From Bdellovibrionota bacterium (lineage in GTDB: Bacteria > Bdellovibrionota_C > UBA2361 > JBIKUX01), in assembly GCA_044347345.1 (NCBI GenBank), contig JBIKUX010000044.1:1-11575 (forward strand): a DNA stretch of 11,575 nucleotides, read 5' to 3'. This document shows positions 6,106 to 11,575 of the stretch, in pieces; within the stretch, counting starts at the first letter, position 1, and each line of letters begins with the position of its first letter. The translations under genes were made by a program, and so were the position numbers. The notes below the pieces were generated by a model. That model was not told the DNA's origin and did no database searches. It saw only the letters and a list, made by a program, of their open reading frames with translations.

Positions 6106-7128
6106 TTAAAGAACTGTAACTGCAAATCGTCCCTGATACATCTGAAGTACAGCATCTGCTACTTTCTCACCATTAATTACCAATTGAACGTTTTCTGGAA
6201 CTGGAAAATCTGCGACGTAAATAGCTCCAGATTGAGCTAATTCCACTATTATAGTGTCATCAACCACAAATGATGGAAATTCAATGTGTACCCTAGTGGT
6301 ACCAGAAGGTATTTCACGTTGTATCACCGGTGATGGCATAGTTTCATAAGCGCAACGCCCCCCACACTCCCCCATTCTGACCATTAACCAAGGTTTATTA
6401 CCCAATTTAAGAGTCATCAATTCACTAATCGGTACCTCTAAATCTATAGATGTGCCCGAGCGAGTATAATCAATGAGGGCTGATGGTGATACCGCAAGCT
6501 GAGCGATTTCGACCCTAACACTGTATTGACCCCTATTTACTTGAGATGCTGAGCGGATTTGACGACGCCACAATCCATCAATAATTCCTACGAGTCTCTC
6601 TCCTATAGACATGTACAAAACTGCTTGCCTACCATTTAAGAGTATTTCAATCTTCACTACTCCTTCAATAGAGCGCGATTCAAAATCATTTAACCCAATA
6701 TATTTTAATTCAGCTAATTCAGGGCCACTCCATGAAGAAACCAATGAGCCAAGCAAACGACGAACCAAGTAATCAATTAATACTTCTCTACCCCCGGGTT
6801 GGCTGACTTTAAGAAGAGCATTTCCCATTACTTGAACTGAATCTTCTAATATAGTGACACTTATTGGAGCTTCGTCTACTTCTCCCCAAAAAACATAACC
6901 CTTACCTTCAACCTTTTCCAGTGTTGTTGTTATTCGAACGACCTGTACTTCAATACCCATTGACTGAAATAGAGGTGACCATTCTGCACTTAAACCAGGA
7001 AACCAGCGCTCTGGACGACTCTGCAAAAAGCCCTTCGACCAACGTACAGATTGAACATTAAACGAGGTCAGATAAGAGCTAGGGTTCCATGTCTCTAGCT
7101 CAGTGGTCTCATCAATGTCGTCACTCAC
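6106..7128 (-). CDS. sctQ: SctQ-like (FliM/FliN-type) sorting platform/C-ring protein with two degenerate SPOA domains
   Basis: 340 aa; SPOA-like YSVRVEIAQLAV...GTSIDL...LKLGNK and TRVHIEF...GAIY...VQLVINGEKVADAVLQMYQGRFAVTV; located before sctR; GTG start overlaps the upstream stop (GTGA). Confidence 0.8.
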   Translation of the reverse strand: MSDDIDETTELETWNPSSYLTSFNVQSVRWSKGFLQSRPERWFPGLSAEWSPLFQSMGIEVQVVRITTTLEKVEGKGYVFWGEVDEAPISVTILEDSVQVMGNALLKVSQPGGREVLIDYLVRRLLGSLVSSWSGPELAELKYIGLNDFESRSIEGVVKIEILLNGRQAVLYMSIGERLVGIIDGLWRRQIRSASQVNRGQYSVRVEIAQLAVSPSALIDYTRSGTSIDLEVPISELMTLKLGNKPWLMVRMGECGGRCAYETMPSPVIQREIPSGTTRVHIEFPSFVVDDTIIVELAQSGAIYVADFPVPENVQLVINGEKVADAVLQMYQGRFAVTVL

Positions 7129-7478
7129 TTGGTTCTTGCCTCCTCTTGAAGCTGTGCTAACTCTTTATTAATATCTTTCAGCCGACTCTGAGCACGACTT
7201 AAATCTTCTCTAGCTATCAAGAGTCTATTTTTACTAGCTTCAAAATCATTCCGTAATTTACGAACTAACGACCCAGCGGCTCCAACTTGAGCCGCGTTTC
7301 CCCTTATTACACTCTTAATTAGGGGCACTTCAGAGATCTTATCTTGAATGATCGCAAGCTCAGCTTCAATTAATGATACCCTCTCACTCCTTCTTTCTAT
7401 CTCTCGAATAACTTCCTCTTTCAAACGTATTAAAACTTCTTGTTCTTCATCAATATTACCATCATCATCAACGGTCAT
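7125..7478 (-). CDS. Coiled-coil protein, SctO/FliJ-like by position and shape
   Basis: Start revised to ATG 7478 (or GTG 7481) after GGGGGAG, overlapping the upstream gene end; 117 aa forming two long heptad helices around a GNAAQV turn. Confidence 0.6.
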   Translation of the reverse strand: MTVDDDGNIDEEQEVLIRLKEEVIREIERRSERVSLIEAELAIIQDKISEVPLIKSVIRGNAAQVGAAGSLVRKLRNDFEASKNRLLIAREDLSRAQSRLKDINKELAQLQEEARTK

Positions 7479-7722
7479 CACTCCCCCGTGGCCGTAACCG
7501 TAACTGTAAGGCAACTCTAAGCACCGTTGCCGCAAAAGCTGTGCGAAGTTCTGGGTCAAGCTTCCCAAGAATCTCAGCAATACTTGCTAATTCATTACCA
7601 GCTTCCACATCTGTTACCAAATATCTTGCTGCTTCACGACCATCTAATAGAACTGCCGTAGCAATTAATACTTGTTTATCTGGTGAAAGCGAAAGCATAT
7701 TTGCGATAACTTCAGCTCCCAT
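7468..7722 (-). CDS. Small helical protein in the SctK slot (SctK/FliG-fragment-like, unproven)
   Basis: Start revised to ATG 7722, 1 nt after the sctJ stop; 84 aa, amphipathic helices; tightly packed between its neighbours. Confidence 0.6.
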   Translation of the reverse strand: MGAEVIANMLSLSPDKQVLIATAVLLDGREAARYLVTDVEAGNELASIAEILGKLDPELRTAFAATVLRVALQLRLRPRGSDDR

Positions 7723-7723
7723 T

Positions 7724-8599
7724 TCAACGCTCCGGAAATTGAGACTCTCGCTGTCCACTAATCATAGTTATCGATTTGGAATCTAAAAAATCACTTCCAC
7801 TCACAGGAGTACGTGCACGCAAACGTAGTCCCCGAAACCAATAACCCAAAACTGACCCTGCACCTGCTATTGCGAATGTAATGCAAAGAAGAAATAACGC
7901 GAGTCGCGCAACATCTTCTCGCGCAACTCTAGCAATCCCTAAAAAAAGCTTGAGCTGAGTGGGTTGCAACTCCTTCTTTATACTATCTGGCAACATCTCC
8001 CCAACATGCAAAGATATTCCCTCAGGAGATAACTCTGGAAGATTAGTACGGATAAGGTTAAACACAGTAGAGCTACTAATAATAGTGCCACGGTCTACTT
8101 TAAGCACTATTGCCACTCCTGACGAAACTTGCGAATTTCCATCCTGTCCAATATTTTTCAAATTACTTCGTACCATTACTTTTGCCTCGCGTACACCGGG
8201 GATTTTAAGCAAAAGTTCCTCTATTTCGAGCCCTCGAGCGTAATCAAGCCTACGTTGCTCCACTTCCTGACTCGGAGGTAAAAAACTCCCCGCTCCTAAC
8301 AGCTCCTCGATGGTTATTACATTATTTTGAGGTAAATTTTGTTCATGTAAACGAAGTATCGCATTAGAATAATCCGGCTCAGCAACAAAGACTGAAAACT
8401 TAGCACCGCCACCGCCAGACTTACTTACGGATGCTGGAATCTGTACCTTTTGTAACTCTGCTACCACTTGAATAGCTTGACTTTGAGTTAGTCCAGAGAG
8501 AACTTCTTTATTATTGCAACCAGCTACAAACACAACCGCGCAACAAATGGCAGAGATACCAGTTAATTGGTGAGCCAGCTTATTTACCTTAACCTTCAT
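7724..8599 (-). CDS. sctJ: SctJ (YscJ/PrgK family) inner-membrane ring lipoprotein
   Basis: Start revised to ATG 8599 (ATGA overlap with the upstream stop). Lipobox FVAGC; VLSGLTQSQA..V.A.L; NLP....IEELL...SFLPPSQEVE..RL.YA...EIE..L..IPGV.EAKV ring-building motifs; C-terminal TM LALFLLCITFAIAGAGSVLGYWF. Confidence 0.9.
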   Translation of the reverse strand: MKVKVNKLAHQLTGISAICCAVVFVAGCNNKEVLSGLTQSQAIQVVAELQKVQIPASVSKSGGGGAKFSVFVAEPDYSNAILRLHEQNLPQNNVITIEELLGAGSFLPPSQEVEQRRLDYARGLEIEELLLKIPGVREAKVMVRSNLKNIGQDGNSQVSSGVAIVLKVDRGTIISSSTVFNLIRTNLPELSPEGISLHVGEMLPDSIKKELQPTQLKLFLGIARVAREDVARLALFLLCITFAIAGAGSVLGYWFRGLRLRARTPVSGSDFLDSKSITMISGQRESQFPER

Positions 8600-10467
8600 T
8601 CCGCTCTGAGAGGGTCTGTAACGGAGATAATATCGTAAGGAATTAGACATACAAGGTAACTAATTTTACCAAATCTTACCCAATCACCGTGATTAAGCCG
8701 AATCACATCTTCTTCTCGCTTCCAATCATGACTAGCATTTCCTCGGAGAATAAATAAGCCATTATTACTCATTAAATCTTGCACTTTTACTCCTTCAAGG
8801 GAAGCGTTCATCATAGCATGCGGAGCTGATATTGACTCATCCTCAATTACTAAGTCACCCTCTTTAATTATCCGACTCGAAATAAAAAATTTACCTTCTC
8901 GTATTTCGATACTGTGCCCCTGACGCCTATCATAAGACACGAGCCATCCGATTAAATGTTTATCAGTATCTTCCTCTTCTTTCAAAGATTGATGAACCCG
9001 TGTTGGACTTTCAGCTATTATATCAGAACTATCGATCTGACTTTCTAAATTATTATTATCTGCCGCCGTATCATATAAATCGCTCCTGAAATCAGAAGAA
9101 TTATTTTCGTTAGTTGGCTCAAAGGAATGTTGTGGATCTAAAAAATTTTGACCATCATCAATTAATTCGGACTCTATGATTACAGGGTCGGTAAACTCCT
9201 TCTCTTGTTGAACAATCTCTGATATCTGTGAATGTTCATTTGAATAATTAACTAAACCATCTTCAAATTGAGCATGTAATCCATTCGACTCAGGCTCAGG
9301 CTCAGGCTCAGGTTCATAATTAGTAGTAAGCTGGCTACCATCACTTGTCGTGGTAATAATTGATGTTGTTACCGGTTCCTCATCGAACATTGCATCATTG
9401 ATAAGTGATTTAACTTCTGTGGAATTATCTAAAATATCTTCTGCTACACTTGATTGATTTGACCTTCCTGCACTTGAGCTAAACGGATCCGCAAGAGGCT
9501 CTTCACTAAACGGAAATTGCTTTGGAATAACTTCATCATCTTCACTAGTTTGAATAGTAGCCTCCTTGTTTATTTTCTGTGTCTCTGGTCGCTGTACTGG
9601 AAAAGCAGTATTACCACCTAATCGGAATGCCTTTGACCTATCTCGCTCCGGTGCAACTCGAAAAGAGCCGGGATTAGGTTCATCACTTGAATCCGAATCT
9701 AAATCGATCTCTTTCTTAATTTCAAAATCATTAATCGAATCATCATTATTATAATCTGATCCTGCTTCTTTATGGGTCTGTAGTTGACTAGTATAGTCTT
9801 CAATAGAAGGTTCATCCCCCAATAAATAATCTCCAAGTGGATTTGCACCACTATCATAACCATCAAGATCCATTGCTGTATTGGCTTTTAAATTTTTTTG
9901 ACTATCTGAGCTTTCGTCAGCCAAATATATTGGTTTGGTAGATTCGTTACCATCTATACCATTCTCATTACTCAACTCTTTCTCATAACCAAACTCAGCC
10001 AAATCCTCACTTGCATTTCTATCGCCATTTGCGTCGTCAGTATGATTAACTCCAGTACTTCGGAGACGATTAACAGTATCGGATAAAACAGGATCTTGTT
10101 CCTTGGCTGTACGTACCCTAATCCGCCCCTCACTACTATCACTTACGTTTCGAACTATCCTTTCACTTCTTTCTAAGGTAGGCTTTCCGCTATCTACATT
10201 TGTGCTTAAAGCTTGCCTACTCTGCGAGGCTTGAGATGTATTTTTTTGAGACTCTGTATCTGACCCGTTAAGATTGCTCAATAAACTCTTGTTACCCTCT
10301 AAATCTTTCTCTTTACTGAAAGAAGAACCATTAATGGAGCGAGGTTCCGTCGATATATCAGAGGCTAATACATATCCACACATTCTGCATCTTGTTGACA
10401 TAGCCGGTACGAGACTACGACACGATGGACAGCGTATAAAAGTAAGGTCAGCGGCATCTGAAGCCAT
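8596..10467 (-). CDS. Zinc-ribbon, long acidic disordered linker, C-terminal FHA domain protein (623 aa)
   Basis: N-terminal CPSC-x10-CRMC; D/E/S/N-rich centre; C-terminal LIGWLV...FFISSR...DESISAPHA...VQDLMSNNGLFI...LNHGDWVRFG FHA fold. Confidence 0.85.
   Translation of the reverse strand: MASDAADLTFIRCPSCRSLVPAMSTRCRMCGYVLASDISTEPRSINGSSFSKEKDLEGNKSLLSNLNGSDTESQKNTSQASQSRQALSTNVDSGKPTLERSERIVRNVSDSSEGRIRVRTAKEQDPVLSDTVNRLRSTGVNHTDDANGDRNASEDLAEFGYEKELSNENGIDGNESTKPIYLADESSDSQKNLKANTAMDLDGYDSGANPLGDYLLGDEPSIEDYTSQLQTHKEAGSDYNNDDSINDFEIKKEIDLDSDSSDEPNPGSFRVAPERDRSKAFRLGGNTAFPVQRPETQKINKEATIQTSEDDEVIPKQFPFSEEPLADPFSSSAGRSNQSSVAEDILDNSTEVKSLINDAMFDEEPVTTSIITTTSDGSQLTTNYEPEPEPEPESNGLHAQFEDGLVNYSNEHSQISEIVQQEKEFTDPVIIESELIDDGQNFLDPQHSFEPTNENNSSDFRSDLYDTAADNNNLESQIDSSDIIAESPTRVHQSLKEEEDTDKHLIGWLVSYDRRQGHSIEIREGKFFISSRIIKEGDLVIEDESISAPHAMMNASLEGVKVQDLMSNNGLFILRGNASHDWKREEDVIRLNHGDWVRFGKISYLVCLIPYDIISVTDPLRAE
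9289..9312. repeat. Hexamer microsatellite (CTCAGG)x4 encoding an EP repeat
   Basis: Four perfect copies, in frame, giving EPEPEPEPE in the linker of the FHA protein. Confidence 0.9.
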
Positions 10468-10736
10468 GTGAAATTTTCCGATCTATAACGCTATATCAAC
10501 CTTTTTCGACGAAATAAAAACTCATATCTATTTTTTAAAACTTTTAACTACAATCAAATTTTAAATTCATTCCAATATTTAATTCGTTACTCTTCAATCG
10601 GTTAAACTGCAAATAATCTAAATCGTACCTATGTTAACTTCTGATGATATTCTTAGTATCTCGCATCACCCTTTAAAGATTATTAACAAAGATTTAGCTG
10701 CACCAGTACCGCTACGACCGTAAAAAAATTTTAAAC

Positions 10737-11575
10737 CTATGAAAAAATTCCTCGCAGTAATCCAACTATGAGTACTAACAAAAAACAAACACTTACCCCC
10801 ACCAACACGAGCATCGGAATGCCAGCTTCTCGAACAGCGTTTAACACAGATAAAGGTAGACGAACAATCCACCACTTTTTATTTAATTTACCTCTATCTA
10901 AAGAAACTCGATCATCAAATCCCTCGGCCTTTAGAAATTGATTGTTATCTAATATTTCTTTCTCTGTAGCTTTAGACTTCACAAATGAAAAGGGAGATCC
11001 ATTGGTGGATAAAAAAAGTTTCTCATCTTGTTCTGAAAAACAGATTCCAATAGTGATACCATCCCCTAAGCTCAAAACTTTTGGTTGATTTTGAGCAACT
11101 ACTAGTTCAGCGCCCTTTGGTAGCAAACCAAATTCATGAAACGTACCGTTAGTTGAACGATCTGTGATAAACAGACGGCCATCTGCACCTACCACAATTA
11201 CACAGTGAAGACGCGAAATGTAAGGTGCTCCAACCCACAAATCGCTTGCCGGATCGCGTCCAATGCGAATCTCAGTACCAGGTTGCAGACGTAAACGCGC
11301 CGGCCGAACTACCTCAGAAACCGAAATAAGAGCTGGAAATGTTACTTGTAAATTAGGGGTTGAATGGACAGCTTTTAGAACCGCACCACCAAGTAGCGAA
11401 GATCCTCCAGAGGGTGGTATGTCAGACTCATTTTTGTCTATGTGATTAACTGATAATTTACCGTTCCTATCACGGTCTAGCCATCCTTCTTCATCTTGTA
11501 ACTTGGACGGATCTGTTCCATTCCGTCCAATAATCACAGTTGTTCTTGCAAGAATAGCTGGTTGACCTACCGACA
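10737..11575 (-). CDS. FHA-domain protein with C-terminal membrane anchor, probably 5'-truncated by the window edge
   Basis: Canonical FHA IGR...ISRLHC...DRSTNGTF; C-terminal TM IPMLVLVGVSVCFLLVLIVGLL. The frame stays open upstream of GTG 11537 (SVGQPAILARTT) to the window end. Confidence 0.85.
   Translation of the reverse strand, partial: SVGQPAILARTTVIIGRNGTDPSKLQDEEGWLDRDRNGKLSVNHIDKNESDIPPSGGSSLLGGAVLKAVHSTPNLQVTFPALISVSEVVRPARLRLQPGTEIRIGRDPASDLWVGAPYISRLHCVIVVGADGRLFITDRSTNGTFHEFGLLPKGAELVVAQNQPKVLSLGDGITIGICFSEQDEKLFLSTNGSPFSFVKSKATEKEILDNNQFLKAEGFDDRVSLDRGKLNKKWWIVRLPLSVLNAVREAGIPMLVLVGVSVCFLLVLIVGLLRGIFS

Noticed and set aside
3292-8599. Ordinary flagellar fliF-G-J-M-P-Q-R-flhB operon
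   Set aside because: The ring protein is a short lipoprotein of SctJ type, the P/R subunit has no signal peptide, fliO/fliH/fliI are absent and a SycD-like chaperone is present.
7479-8650. Longest-ORF starts at 7580, 7758 and 8650
   Set aside because: They create long overlaps; starts at 7478, 7722 and 8599 give tight coupling and a proper lipoprotein signal for SctJ.
295-11445. Short antisense or overlapping ORFs (295..498, 4361..4585, 4823..5014, 6864..7061, 7541..7786, 7959..8243, 9566..9754, 10274..10471, 10666..10875, 11263..11445)
   Set aside because: Shadow frames of better-supported genes, with no recognisable motifs.
1-11575. CRISPR array, tRNA or rRNA
   Set aside because: No regularly spaced repeats or recognisable structural RNA signatures seen.

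Overview
AT-rich bacterial window, probably from a deltaproteobacterial-type lineage such as Bdellovibrionota or Myxococcota (inference from gene content only). It is dominated by a minus-strand cluster encoding a highly divergent, minimal type III secretion (T3SS)-like apparatus. Gene order: membrane-anchored FHA protein, zinc-ribbon/disordered/FHA protein, SctJ-type ring lipoprotein, small helical protein, SctO/FliJ-like coiled coil, SctQ-like two-SPOA protein, SctR/SctS, shortened SctT-like and SctU-like membrane proteins, an orphan and a SycD/LcrH-like TPR chaperone. A separately promoted short flagellin with no lysine follows. The export gate has lost its hallmark motifs (Met gasket, Gln belts, SctU NPTH domain), and no SctV, SctN, SctL, secretin, needle or translocator gene is in the window. 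A decayed IS5-family element and, on the plus strand, the 3' end of a divergent sigma-28-like factor plus a possible FlgM-like gene lie at the left end. All family calls come from manual motif recognition, not database searches.
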